NCBI GenBank assembly: GCA_963666275.2
Contig: CAXXOA010000003.1
Span: 317,806-381,805 of the forward strand
Source: Oceanispirochaeta sp.
GTDB lineage: Bacteria; Spirochaetota; Spirochaetia; DSM-2461
Length of the DNA: 64,000 bases
Direction: 5' to 3'
In this document: positions 8,645 to 18,512 of the stretch, one piece after another
Position numbering within the stretch: the stretch's first letter is position 1
Layout: each line of letters begins with the position of its first letter
Made by a program: the position numbers and the translations under genes
Notes under the pieces: generated by a model
Told to the model about the DNA's origin: nothing
Database searches by the model: none
Seen by the model: only the letters and a program-made list of their open reading frames with translations

Positions 8645-8959
8645 ATGCCTGTCCTTCCCAAAAGCTTTGATGAACTGATTCAGAACAGCGATCTGCCTGT
8701 TCTTGTGGATTTTTATGCCGACTGGTGCGGTCCCTGCAAAATGGTGAGCCCCACAATCGCCCGTCTTGCGGGAGAGTACAAAGGCCGCCTGGTAACCGTG
8801 AAAATCAATACGGAAAAAAAACCGGCCATTGCGGGAAAATATGCCATCCAGTCCATTCCGACGATTATGCTCTTTCATAAGGGAGCCTCTCTTATGAGAC
8901 TTCAGGGGGCCTATCCCTATGATGCCCTGAAAGCGGAGCTGGAAAAGGCTCTCCCCTGA
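8645..8959 (+). CDS. trxA: Thioredoxin
   Basis: VDFYADWCGPCK and SIPT motifs, 104 aa, RBS GGGAGA. Confidence 0.95.
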   Translation: MPVLPKSFDELIQNSDLPVLVDFYADWCGPCKMVSPTIARLAGEYKGRLVTVKINTEKKPAIAGKYAIQSIPTIMLFHKGASLMRLQGAYPYDALKAELEKALP

Positions 8960-9061
8960 TCTCCGGGGAAGAAACTTTTTGTAAAAAAAACATTTCATGT
9001 GTCATGATATGACATATTGCCTTTCTATAGTGTGCTTATCCAGAACAAAAGGAAGGAACCT

Positions 9062-9274
9062 ATGAGAAAGATCATGATACTCAATGAAAAAGACTTTAAC
9101 GGCGAGCCGGGAGATCTCACAACTCTCGGTTTCCCCGGAAATGACGCCCTTTCCCAGGTGGATGATATTTTTATCATTCAGCCCTACAACACAATCAAGT
9201 GCCTGAAAACATCCTCCACTTATCCCGGACACTATTCTGTGGCGGATTTTGTAAAATATGTACTAAACCAGTGA
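9062..9274 (+). CDS. Small hypothetical protein (70 aa)
   Basis: Strong RBS AAGGAAGGA before ATG 9062. Fills the gap between trxA and the PPIase gene. Confidence 0.65.
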   Translation: MRKIMILNEKDFNGEPGDLTTLGFPGNDALSQVDDIFIIQPYNTIKCLKTSSTYPGHYSVADFVKYVLNQ

Positions 9275-9292
9275 TCCTTTATGATCCTTATG

Positions 9293-9321
9293 TTGACAAC
9301 TCGAAACGCAGCCCGTACCAT
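9293..9321 (+). promoter_or_regulatory. Sigma-70 promoter, likely giving a leaderless mRNA
   Basis: TTGACA-17-TACCAT ends 6 nt before ATG 9328, with no SD sequence. Confidence 0.7.
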
Positions 9322-9327
9322 AGCTTC

Positions 9328-10314
9328 ATGAAAATACATAAAATTTTACTGGCAGCAATCGTTACAGCTGCCCTGTTTTTAGGCTGCGGCAGCAAAGAAC
9401 TGCCTGAAGGCGCTGTTGCGGTGGTCAATAAAACCACGATTAGCGAAGAAGAATTCAACACAGAACTGAACAGATTCAAAGAGCAGTATGAAGCTCAGGG
9501 AATGACCGTTTCCGAGGACGATCTGGAAATGATCAAGCCCCAGCTGCTGGATTCCCTGATTATCAAAAATCTGCTTTTAACCGAAGCGGACGATCTGGGA
9601 CTGACCCCGGATGAAGAGAGCATCAATTCTCAGATCGACGGTTTTAAAGCTCAGATGGGATCAGAAGAGGCATTTGCACAGGCTCTGGAAGCCAGCGGAT
9701 ACTCAGAAGAGCGTCTCCGGTCCGACCTGGGAGAGCAGTCTGTGGTGCAGCAGCTCTTCGAGCAGGAAGTGTATGCCAATATAAGTATTTCCGAAGAGGA
9801 CATGCGCACTTTTTACGATGAAAACCGGGACACCGCTTTTGTTATTCCCGAATCTATAGAAGCCAGTCATATCCTTGTACGGGTTGATGAGAACCAGTCG
9901 GAAGAAGCCGCCCTGGATAAGATTCAGGATATTAAAGCCATGATCGATGAGGGAATGGATTTCGGCGATGCGGCGGTTCAGTACTCAGAAGGACCCAGCA
10001 ATACAAACCGGGGCGTACTGGGGCAGTTCGGCCGGGGACAGATGGTTCCCGAGTTTGAAGAAGCGGCTTTTAATCTGGAAGTCGGAACAGTCAGTGAACC
10101 GGTTCTCACCCAGTTCGGTTACCATCTGATTCTGACAACAGCCAAAAATCCTGAAGAGGTCATGAGCTTTGATGAGTCTAAACAGTTCATTGAACAGCAG
10201 ATGAATCAGGATGCCCAGAATACCAAGACCATGGAATACATTGAAAAGATGAAGGATGATGCGGATATCATCCTGCCTGAATGGGCTATGCCCCAGGAGG
10301 AAACAGAAGAGTAA
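9328..10314 (+). CDS. Parvulin-type peptidyl-prolyl isomerase lipoprotein (PrsA/SurA-like)
   Basis: Lipobox FLGC, SurA-N-like helical region, and rotamase motifs ASHILV, GQMVPEFEEAAF and TQFGYHLI. Confidence 0.92.
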   Translation: MKIHKILLAAIVTAALFLGCGSKELPEGAVAVVNKTTISEEEFNTELNRFKEQYEAQGMTVSEDDLEMIKPQLLDSLIIKNLLLTEADDLGLTPDEESINSQIDGFKAQMGSEEAFAQALEASGYSEERLRSDLGEQSVVQQLFEQEVYANISISEEDMRTFYDENRDTAFVIPESIEASHILVRVDENQSEEAALDKIQDIKAMIDEGMDFGDAAVQYSEGPSNTNRGVLGQFGRGQMVPEFEEAAFNLEVGTVSEPVLTQFGYHLILTTAKNPEEVMSFDESKQFIEQQMNQDAQNTKTMEYIEKMKDDADIILPEWAMPQEETEE

Positions 10315-10345
10315 GCCATCGGGCACTCTCTTTTAAGTTTCCCCC

Positions 10346-10390
10346 ATCCCCTGACATTCGGGTTTCCCCCGTCGGATCAGGGGATTTTTT
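10346..10390 (+). terminator. Intrinsic terminator between convergent genes
   Basis: ATCCCCTGA...TCAGGGGAT stem followed by a T-run. Confidence 0.6.
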
Positions 10391-11518
10391 TTAGTCTGCG
10401 TAGGTATTCCTGATTTCCTGGATGGTTTCAATATTTTCAAGAAAGACCCGGACCACCTGGGGATCGAAATGCTTGTCCGCTTCACTTTCGATGTAATTCA
10501 GACATTTCTCATGGGGCCATGGTTCCTTGTAGGGCCTATGGCTCCTCAGGGCATCATACACATCCGCTACTGCTGTGATCCTGGCCTCTATGGGAATCTC
10601 TTCTCCTTTCAGTCCCAGAGGGTAGCCGGAACCGTCCCAGCGTTCATGATGGTTCAGGGCAATATTGGCCGCTGTCTCGATCAGCTGGTGGCCGAACTCC
10701 TCCAGAGATTCCCCGTTTTCGGACTGGTTTTTAATATAAAAACTGACAAATTTATCGGATTTGAGGATGTTGTTGCCGTACTGGGTATGGTTTTTCATCA
10801 CTTCCCACTCCTCGGGAGTGAGTTTGCCTTCCTTCAGCAGTATATGGTCGGGAATCCCTATTTTCCCGATATCATGTACAGGCGAGGCCAGCTTGATATG
10901 ATTGATCATCTCTTCGGTCCATCCCATTCCTTCGGCAATGCAGGCGCAGTACTCGGAAACCCTGAGGAAGTGATCTCCCGTTTCAAAGTCCTTGTACTCC
11001 GCCGCCTGGGAGAGGATCCCTATGATCTGGCGCCGAGAGATATCCAGCTGTTTATTTCGCAGTTCCAGCTGCTGTGTCCTCTCCTGAACCAGCTCCTCCA
11101 GATGGACCCGGTAGCGCCGGTTCTCTTTGAGTAGACGGGATTTTTCCAGGGATTTTTCGATGGTATGCTGAAGGATCGACATATCCTGGAGAGGTTTTAT
11201 CAGATAGTCCCAGGCGCCCTGCCGGAGGGCTTTGACAGCCGCATCCAGAGTTCCCGCTCCGGAGATCACCACAATGGGAAGATCTTCATCCTTTTCATGG
11301 GCCTGCTTCATAACATCATACCCGTCGGTATGGGGCATATTCAGATCGGTAAGCACCAGGGCCGGATTTTCCGATTCTATCATTTCAAGGCCGGTCCGGC
11401 CGTTGTCGGCGGAGACCACATTATACCCCTTTTCCTCCAGATAGATGGAGAAGAGTTCACGGATCATGGGCTCGTCATCGATGATGAGGATTTTTTCTGT
11501 TGAGCTGGGTTCTTGCAT
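10391..11518 (-). CDS. Response regulator with HD-GYP c-di-GMP phosphodiesterase domain (RpfG-like)
   Basis: REC domain (IIDDE, TDLNMP, KP) followed by HDIGK and HHERWDGSGYP. Confidence 0.93.
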   Translation of the reverse strand: MQEPSSTEKILIIDDEPMIRELFSIYLEEKGYNVVSADNGRTGLEMIESENPALVLTDLNMPHTDGYDVMKQAHEKDEDLPIVVISGAGTLDAAVKALRQGAWDYLIKPLQDMSILQHTIEKSLEKSRLLKENRRYRVHLEELVQERTQQLELRNKQLDISRRQIIGILSQAAEYKDFETGDHFLRVSEYCACIAEGMGWTEEMINHIKLASPVHDIGKIGIPDHILLKEGKLTPEEWEVMKNHTQYGNNILKSDKFVSFYIKNQSENGESLEEFGHQLIETAANIALNHHERWDGSGYPLGLKGEEIPIEARITAVADVYDALRSHRPYKEPWPHEKCLNYIESEADKHFDPQVVRVFLENIETIQEIRNTYAD

Positions 11519-11551
11519 AGGTAATAGTATAGTGAATTCAATTTGAAATTT

Positions 11552-11583
11552 CCGAAAAAAAAACCGGGCTTTTCAGCCCGGTT
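11552..11583 (-). terminator. Intrinsic terminator of the Ig-like lipoprotein operon
   Basis: AACCGGGCT-TTTC-AGCCCGGTT hairpin with an A-run on the + strand (U-run on minus). Confidence 0.8.
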
Positions 11584-11601
11584 ACCGGTTTGTAGCTTTA
11601 C

Positions 11602-13266
11602 TTAGAAAAAAGATTTTCCTGTACTGAAAGCCATTAAGTCCGATGTGTAAAAAGGAACTTTAATAGTAGAATCCGTATAGTACTCAACTTTCCAATAGTA
11701 TGTTGAACTTAACGACAGTTTTGGTAAATCCTTACTTTCGAGAAAGGGAACACCAACAGCAGCAATTAGTGTTTGAGATTTACTAGTCCCCATATATATT
11801 CTGTAATAATGGGTTGAGTTAGCTTCCGTCCATGCCAGATCAGTTGCAGTTGATATTCCGGTGCTGCCATTGGCAGGATAGAATCTTGGATTTCCAAACT
11901 TATCTGCTGTTGGAAATAAACCATTCGTATATGTTTGAGATAATGAGGCTGACCAGTTTCCTGCAAGATCCTGACCCTGAATCTCAATGGTGGGGGTTCC
12001 ATAGATGCTGACAGTCACTGTAGGAGTTGTTGAAGTGGTATAAGACCAGCTTCCATTATTTATCTGGTAGCGGAAAGAGTTTTCTCCGCCGGAGCCAGCA
12101 CTGATATTAAATGTCAGAGTGTTATCACTGGTTAATAAAAGGCCACTGGGGACTGGAGTTGTATTGTTTGTGGGGGCTCCTGGTGGAGTTACATCACGTC
12201 TTATCAATCTTGTTGTAGAAGTCGCTGAATTTCCCGCATTATCATAGGCGGTCACTTCAATATAGGCATCACCTTCTGCACTGAGGGATACATTTGTAGA
12301 TGAAGAGTTTATTGCAGTGAACGTGACTGTAGGAGATCCGGAATTTTTAGCCCATGTGTAGGAAGCAATACCGCTGGTGGCATCAGAGGCAGTTGAATAC
12401 ATAACAGGACCTGTTGTTGCATTGTAGGAATTCTGATAAAGGATGGTTCCGCTATCATTAATGGAAATGCTGGGGGCTACATTATCAAACGTTACGTTTG
12501 CAGTTGCCGTAGATGAAATATTGGCTGTACTGGCATTTGTATCGTTACCATCTCTGTATCTGGCATAAATTGTATTGACTCCCTGTGTGCCAATTACACG
12601 CCCACTAACTGTATCAGTAATTCTACTGGCTCCGTTTGTAGGCTTCCAGCCGCTGGAATATAAGTCTCCATCACCAGATCCTACATGTTCAAAGTTAGCA
12701 TTGTTTGATAATTCATAATAGGATGCCCCGTTTGAATTGACTTCAACATCAACTAAATAGCTATTAATATAATCATCATCGATAGTTATGTATCCTCTTG
12801 GAGGATTTAAAGTGGTAAATCCAACAATGTATGAGTCTCTCAATAGACTTCCATCAACACCAGACAACCCTTCAGTGATCGATAATTGATAGTTTACCGG
12901 ACCATCAAAGTATGGATAGGGGCTGATACTGAGAACATTATTGGTGCTGTTAAAGGAGTAATTCAGGGCATTGTCTTCATTTTCTGATTCAAAAGAAATA
13001 CCATTCGCATTAACTATAGATATGAATCCTTTTGCCGTTTCTAAATCAATTTCCCTGTCAAACGCAATTTCTATCGTATCTCCGGGATTAAAATCATTTA
13101 CGCCATCATCCGGGGAAATACTAACAATCTCCAGATACAGATCATTGGCCATTTTGACTTCGTCTTCCAGACCTTCCAGAAGATTCGTCGGATCCTTACA
13201 GGTCATCAGGCCTGCCAGAAGAAGAATGCCCCCAGCAATTTGAAATACTTTTTTTATTCGCTCCAT
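11602..13266 (-). CDS. Ser/Thr/Asn-rich lipoprotein with Ig-like (Big_5/FN3-like) domains
   Basis: Lipobox LMTC, N-terminal P.DG..IEIAFDREID (Big_5-like), DNVAP/DVTPP Ig repeats, and C-terminal YYWKV. AT-rich coding sequence. Confidence 0.78.
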   Translation of the reverse strand: MERIKKVFQIAGGILLLAGLMTCKDPTNLLEGLEDEVKMANDLYLEIVSISPDDGVNDFNPGDTIEIAFDREIDLETAKGFISIVNANGISFESENEDNALNYSFNSTNNVLSISPYPYFDGPVNYQLSITEGLSGVDGSLLRDSYIVGFTTLNPPRGYITIDDDYINSYLVDVEVNSNGASYYELSNNANFEHVGSGDGDLYSSGWKPTNGASRITDTVSGRVIGTQGVNTIYARYRDGNDTNASTANISSTATANVTFDNVAPSISINDSGTILYQNSYNATTGPVMYSTASDATSGIASYTWAKNSGSPTVTFTAINSSSTNVSLSAEGDAYIEVTAYDNAGNSATSTTRLIRRDVTPPGAPTNNTTPVPSGLLLTSDNTLTFNISAGSGGENSFRYQINNGSWSYTTSTTPTVTVSIYGTPTIEIQGQDLAGNWSASLSQTYTNGLFPTADKFGNPRFYPANGSTGISTATDLAWTEANSTHYYRIYMGTSKSQTLIAAVGVPFLESKDLPKLSLSSTYYWKVEYYTDSTIKVPFYTSDLMAFSTGKSFF

Positions 13267-15302
13267 TCGTCCACCTCTCTATTCTGAGCCTGTGAGGCCC
13301 GTCCGATTCCGCCGGTTCCCAGATGGGCTACCTCTACCGCCGCGGCGGGGTTAATTTCCTGAAGGGAGGCCAGGGCAGAGTCTGCGGTGGAGTAGTCCTC
13401 CAGTTCTGAACTCACTCTGGCCAGTCCGATCAGGGCCTTTTCACTGTCCGGTTTGATCTGCAGGGCTCTGTTGTAGTACCGGGAGGCTTCGGCGGGATTT
13501 TTATTCAGATAGTATATATTTCCCAGGTTCATAAGGCTGGGATAGAAGTCGTCTTTTGCCGCCACCAGTTCGAACTGGCTTTTGGCTTCGTCCAGGAAGC
13601 CGTAGCGGGCATAGGTGACGCCCTTACGGTTCATCAGGATCGAAGTGGCGCCCTTCTGTCGGATCTCTCCGTCAATGGCGGCAATCTGCAGGTTCACTTC
13701 CCGTCTCAGGAACCGTCTCAGCTCCTGAGAGTACTGGTTTACAACCTCTTTGGGTTCGGGCAGATAAGCCAGGCCGCTGCTTTCGTACTCGGCAGCCGGA
13801 AAGGTCTGCCAGGCTTCTCTGACAGGGAAGAACCCGTACTCGCCGTTGTTTTCCCGGATCTGTTTGGCTCCGGTCTGCCAGGAGGCGAGAAACCCCTCTT
13901 TCACCAGAGTGATTTCCACTGGTACCCAGGGTTCGTTATTGATGAAAAGGAGGTTCTGGGAATTGGGAAAGTTCTTTTTTGCCACCCGTTCATCCATATC
14001 GAGCTTATAGGCCACATAGATATGTCCCGGAATGGTTATGAAGGCGGCGGGAATTCCCGAAGCTTCCAGCATGGCTGCGTAGAGGACGGAAATATCATCG
14101 CAGTCCCCCGCTTTGGAGACCAGGGTCTGCTGGGGAAACTGTATGTAGTCTACGGCTTCCTCGTTTTCCGACAGTTCCACGTAGGAGGAGGAGGGGTCCA
14201 CCACATAGCCGATCCCGTAGAGATTGAGGGATTCGAACAGGCCCATGCCGATCTGGAAGTTCTTGTCCAGAGCGCTCAGGGCTCCTCCCCGGATCTCTCC
14301 CGAAAGGTTCCGGGAGTAGCTGTAGATCAGTGGATTGTTGGCTGTCACGAAACTGGCCGCCTTGCGGTCGTCGTCCCAGGTCATGGCATTCTTGTTGTTG
14401 ATAAAAATCGTCAGGGGAACGGTTTTTTTCACCTCTTTTCCGAAATAGGTGTATTCCACATTGACCTCTCCGGCTACCTTCAATCCTTCATTGATCTCAA
14501 AAATATTATTGGTGAACAGCCCCTGAAGATCCAGGGTTGCGGTTTCTCCCCGGGAAATCCGGCGGATTTCGCCGTCCGTATACTTGGGCTGTTCCATATA
14601 CTGGGGCACGTAGAAACTGGCTCTCACATTCTGGATCTCTTCGGAGGATTCGTTGGTGATTGTTACCTCTCCCAGGGCGTTTTCATCGTACCAGGTATAG
14701 TAGAGAGGGAATATCTCCGTGGAAAAGGGAATGACCCTCAGGGCAGCGCCTGAACCGCCGCTCTGGAAGTTATAGCCTATGGTCAGAGACGCTCCCGTGG
14801 CCTGATAGATTGTTCCGGCGGAAGATTCGCCCTGAATATAACGGCCTCCCAGACCTATGTTGAAGGAAGGGGACAGACGGAATGTCAGATCCGCCCCCCC
14901 TGTGTAATAGGGAAAGAGGGAGGACTCCGTATCCAGCATCCCGTAGGAACCGCCACCGCCTCCCCAAATCCTGAGAATGGAACGGGAAAAGGGGGATATT
15001 TTAAGACCCACAGTGCCGCCGAAATTGAAATAGGAGAAGTTGATGGATCCCTGATTTATGGGGAGCAGGCTGTATTCGAACTGGGGACCGAAGTGGAGAA
15101 ACTCCAGTTTCCGGAAGTTCAGTTCGCCTTCGAGCATGGCTCCGCCGCCGGTAGAGTAATAGGCGACGCCCTCGTCTGTCTCAGGTCCTGAAGGGAAAAG
15201 AAGGGTCGGCTGGGTTATCAGGGTAAAAGGGCTTTCTGCCAGCAGGGAAGCCTGTAGCAGAATGAAACCTGTAATTATGAAAATTGAAACTTTTTTAATC
15301 AT
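13254..15302 (-). CDS. Exported protein with a putative beta-barrel N-terminus, transglutaminase-like core and C-terminal TPRs
   Basis: Signal peptide, alternating aromatic/Gly strands ending LTIGYNF, GDCDD..PGHIY..VEIT motifs, and TPR (LMNLGNIYY..YNRALQIKPD). Confidence 0.72.
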   Translation of the reverse strand: MIKKVSIFIITGFILLQASLLAESPFTLITQPTLLFPSGPETDEGVAYYSTGGGAMLEGELNFRKLEFLHFGPQFEYSLLPINQGSINFSYFNFGGTVGLKISPFSRSILRIWGGGGGSYGMLDTESSLFPYYTGGADLTFRLSPSFNIGLGGRYIQGESSAGTIYQATGASLTIGYNFQSGGSGAALRVIPFSTEIFPLYYTWYDENALGEVTITNESSEEIQNVRASFYVPQYMEQPKYTDGEIRRISRGETATLDLQGLFTNNIFEINEGLKVAGEVNVEYTYFGKEVKKTVPLTIFINNKNAMTWDDDRKAASFVTANNPLIYSYSRNLSGEIRGGALSALDKNFQIGMGLFESLNLYGIGYVVDPSSSYVELSENEEAVDYIQFPQQTLVSKAGDCDDISVLYAAMLEASGIPAAFITIPGHIYVAYKLDMDERVAKKNFPNSQNLLFINNEPWVPVEITLVKEGFLASWQTGAKQIRENNGEYGFFPVREAWQTFPAAEYESSGLAYLPEPKEVVNQYSQELRRFLRREVNLQIAAIDGEIRQKGATSILMNRKGVTYARYGFLDEAKSQFELVAAKDDFYPSLMNLGNIYYLNKNPAEASRYYNRALQIKPDSEKALIGLARVSSELEDYSTADSALASLQEINPAAAVEVAHLGTGGIGRASQAQNREVDEWSE

Positions 15303-15510
15303 GGATTTACCTCATTTTTATACGAGTTTCCTATCTATTATAATAGTCCATTTTTTCCGGTCTCACCATGTAAAATGCATGGATAATTTATTCCAGTGAA
15401 TGAATATATACTATTAAATATTAGTATTTTCAGTGTTTTTATAGAAAAGAACGAAATTGAAGTTTTTACTGCGTTTATCGCGATAATAGGGGCATGAATC
15501 TACGAAAACC

Positions 15511-15539
15511 TTGAGTATCCTCCATGTCTACTTTATACT
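15511..15539 (+). promoter_or_regulatory. Sigma-70 promoter of the amino-acid ABC operon
   Basis: TTGAGT-17-TATACT. Confidence 0.65.
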
Positions 15540-15576
15540 GCCTATGCAAAAATTAGCAAAATGGAGAGAACTATAT

Positions 15577-16386
15577 ATGAAAAAAGGAATTTTCGCAGTC
15601 CTGCTACTGACTGTCTGCTCAGTTTTTTTAACAGCCGGCGGAGCACAGGAAACCGGAGAGGGAGACAACTCTCTGCAGTACATCCTCGACAAGGGAACTT
15701 TTGTCTTGGGGCTGGATGACAGCTTCCCCCCCATGGGCTTCCGTGATGAAGCCGGAGAGATCACCGGTTTTGATATTGATCTGGCCAGAGAGGTCTGTAA
15801 CAGAATGGGTGTGGAGCTGAAAACTCAGCCTATCGACTGGGATGCCAAGATCCTGGATCTGAACAGCAGAGATATCGATGTTATCTGGAACGGTCTGACC
15901 ATAAACGATGAGAGAATCGAGAAAATTGATTTTTCCAAACCCTATATTGCCAACAGACAGATCATTGTTGTTCAGGATGGTTCCGGCATCGATACCAAAG
16001 GGGATCTGGCCGGGAAAAAAGTCGGTGTTCAGCTGGGAAGCAGCGCCGATGATGCTGTGAACGGAGATGCCGCAACAGCCGAAACTCTGGATGAACTTGT
16101 CAAATTCCAGGATAACATTCAGGCTCTGATGGACCTGGAAGTGGGCCGGATTGACGCGGTCGTGGTTGATGAAATCCTGGGACGCTATTATATTTCCAAA
16201 AAAGCCGGCGTATTTGCGGTGGCAACCGACTATTTTGCAGAAGAGCAGTATGGGATCGGTTTCCGGAAAGGGGAAGCGGCCTTTGTCAGTGAAGTGGATC
16301 GTATCCTGGATGAAATGGTAAAAGACGGTACAGCCGAAGCTATTTCAACCAAGTGGTTCGCTGAGAATGTCCTCCTGCCCCGGTAA
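15577..16386 (+). CDS. Polar amino-acid ABC transporter substrate-binding protein
   Basis: SBP_bac_3 motifs GLDDSFPPMGF, GFDIDLA and EQYGIGFRK. RBS GGAGAG. Confidence 0.93.
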   Translation: MKKGIFAVLLLTVCSVFLTAGGAQETGEGDNSLQYILDKGTFVLGLDDSFPPMGFRDEAGEITGFDIDLAREVCNRMGVELKTQPIDWDAKILDLNSRDIDVIWNGLTINDERIEKIDFSKPYIANRQIIVVQDGSGIDTKGDLAGKKVGVQLGSSADDAVNGDAATAETLDELVKFQDNIQALMDLEVGRIDAVVVDEILGRYYISKKAGVFAVATDYFAEEQYGIGFRKGEAAFVSEVDRILDEMVKDGTAEAISTKWFAENVLLPR

Positions 16387-17033
16387 TGGAATACTTCATT
16401 GATTCTACCCGTTACATCCTTCTGGGATGTACGGTAACACTGAAACTTTTTTGTATCACCCTGGCGGTATCCCTGCCGCTGGGGTTTCTCTGCGCTATGG
16501 CAAAGACCTCCCGGTGGAAGGGGCTGCGGGCTCTCATGGAGCTCTATACCTCGGTTGTCCGGGGAACACCCCTTCTGCTGCAGATCTTTTTTGTCTATTA
16601 CGGACTTCCTATCCTGATCCCCGGCCTCCGGTTTGAACGGTTCACTGCGGCGGCGCTGACCTTTGTTTTGAACTACGGGGCCTATTTTACTGAAATATTC
16701 AGGGGGGGAATCCAGTCTATTGAGAAGGGACAGTACGAAGCTTCCAGGGTTCTGGGAATGAGTTACGGCAAGACCATGGTCCGAATTATCCTTCCCCAGA
16801 CCGTCAAAAGGGTTCTGCCTCCCGTGTCCAATGAGGCTATTACCCTGATTAAGGATACAGCCCTTATTGTCGTTCTGGGTATAGGGGATATTCTGAGAAA
16901 CTCTAAAGAGATCGTTGCCAGGGATTTTACAATCAGCCCCTTTGTCATTGCCGCTCTTATCTATCTGGGAATGAACTACCTGGTGGTTCTGTTCTTCAGG
17001 CATCTTGAAAAGAGGTATTCCGTATATGAGTGA
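16386..17033 (+). CDS. Polar amino-acid ABC permease
   Basis: RGTPLLLQ and [17 protein letters not shown] (HisM/GlnP family). Confidence 0.93.
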   Translation: MEYFIDSTRYILLGCTVTLKLFCITLAVSLPLGFLCAMAKTSRWKGLRALMELYTSVVRGTPLLLQIFFVYYGLPILIPGLRFERFTAAALTFVLNYGAYFTEIFRGGIQSIEKGQYEASRVLGMSYGKTMVRIILPQTVKRVLPPVSNEAITLIKDTALIVVLGIGDILRNSKEIVARDFTISPFVIAALIYLGMNYLVVLFFRHLEKRYSVYE

Positions 17034-17769
17034 AATGATTGCTGTTGAGGGTCTGAAAAAGTCATTCGGAAATCTAGAAGTCCTCAAAGGTGTGGATCTG
17101 AAAGTCCATAAAGGGGAGATCATCTCCATCATCGGACCTTCCGGTTCGGGAAAAAGCACACTCCTGCGCTCGCTGATTCATCTGGAAAAAGCTTCTTCCG
17201 GAAGGATAGAAATCGAAGGGGAGCCTATTGCATCGGATGAGCATATCAGTGAATCTCAGATCCGCCACAGGTGCCGGAAACTGGGTATGGTATTCCAGGG
17301 ATTCAACCTGTTTCCCCATAAGACGGCTCTGGAAAATGTGATGGAGGCCCCTCTGTCTGTTCTGAAAATGGACAGGAAGAGCGCTGCCGCCAGAGGAGAA
17401 GATTTTCTGGCCAAGGTAGGACTGTCGGATAAAAGGGATGTCTATCCCTGTTACCTTTCGGGAGGGCAGAAACAGCGTGTAGCCATAGCCCGGGCTCTGG
17501 CAATGGAGCCGGATATCATGCTCTTTGACGAGCCTACCAGCGCTCTGGATCCGGAACTGATCGGAGAAGTTCTGGGAGTTATCAAAGATCTGGCGAATGA
17601 GCATATGACCATGCTTATCGTGACCCATGAAATGAGTTTTGCCCGTGAGGTTTCAGACAGGGTTATCTTTATGGATGAAGGGGTCATTCTGGAGGAGGGA
17701 TCTCCCGAGAAAATCTTTTCCCGGCCGGATCATCCCAGGATCCGGACTTTTCTGGATAAAATGCTCTAG
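17026..17769 (+). CDS. Polar amino-acid ABC ATP-binding protein (GlnQ-like)
   Basis: [16 protein letters not shown] and [11 protein letters not shown]. Confidence 0.95.
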   Translation: MSEMIAVEGLKKSFGNLEVLKGVDLKVHKGEIISIIGPSGSGKSTLLRSLIHLEKASSGRIEIEGEPIASDEHISESQIRHRCRKLGMVFQGFNLFPHKTALENVMEAPLSVLKMDRKSAAARGEDFLAKVGLSDKRDVYPCYLSGGQKQRVAIARALAMEPDIMLFDEPTSALDPELIGEVLGVIKDLANEHMTMLIVTHEMSFAREVSDRVIFMDEGVILEEGSPEKIFSRPDHPRIRTFLDKML

Positions 17770-17777
17770 ACTCTTAC

Positions 17778-17811
17778 CGGTACTCTGTTCTTCCAGGGTA
17801 CCGTTTTTTTT
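17778..17811 (+). terminator. Intrinsic terminator
   Basis: CGGTACTCTG/CAGGGTACCG stem followed by 8 T. Confidence 0.8.
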
Positions 17812-17960
17812 ACTCACCTGTCTTTTTTATCTCATTCACAGGAATACAGGGGATAGCTGGAAGAAAATTCACTTAAAAGTAATTTTTTTTTAAAAGTTCG
17901 TGAAATTCGGAAATAAAGTATTATAATTTGTAAAAATTATCCGTAAAAAAGGAGCCTCTT

Positions 17961-18512
17961 TTGGCGACTATATACCAGTTCCCGGTTGATAGAATGGAGA
18001 TTGATCTGTCATTGTCCGGGCCATACTCCCACGAATACATCTTGTCTCCTCTCCCGGCCGGTCTGCTCGAACAGGCCCGGTGTTCTGAAGAAGAGAAAAG
18101 GGATCTGATTCCTCTTTATATAGAGCTTTTGTCGCTCCATTACAGTTACAGGGATGAAGGTCCGGAAGCTCTGCTTGAAGACGTTCCCGGGGCGGGCCGG
18201 GGATTTCTGAATACCGCCATCACACTGTTTCAGTCGGGAATAAAACCGAAAAACCTGGAGAAGCAGCTTCTCAAAGTGATAAGGAAGTCGGGGCACACAG
18301 GTATCAGGCTTATGAAATCCCTGATGATTCAGCAGGCCTTTATGAGCCTGGCCGTAAACAATCACCCCTCCAGAACCAATGAGCTTCTGATGGACCTGAT
18401 CGGTTTCGCCAACCCCGGCTCCCTTCTGGAGGTTATTCTGAATGCCCTGTCGGTGAATGCAGCGGGAGAACCGGAAGAGTTTGTCTCTTTCAGGTCCTGT
18501 CCCTCTTCCTAG
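17961..18512 (+). CDS. Hypothetical protein with weak similarity to the cytoplasmic part of MotA
   Basis: RBS AAGGAG with a TTG start. Motifs RDEGPEAL, FLNTAITLFQSG.KP and NNHPSRTNELL. Confidence 0.55.
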   Translation: MATIYQFPVDRMEIDLSLSGPYSHEYILSPLPAGLLEQARCSEEEKRDLIPLYIELLSLHYSYRDEGPEALLEDVPGAGRGFLNTAITLFQSGIKPKNLEKQLLKVIRKSGHTGIRLMKSLMIQQAFMSLAVNNHPSRTNELLMDLIGFANPGSLLEVILNALSVNAAGEPEEFVSFRSCPSS

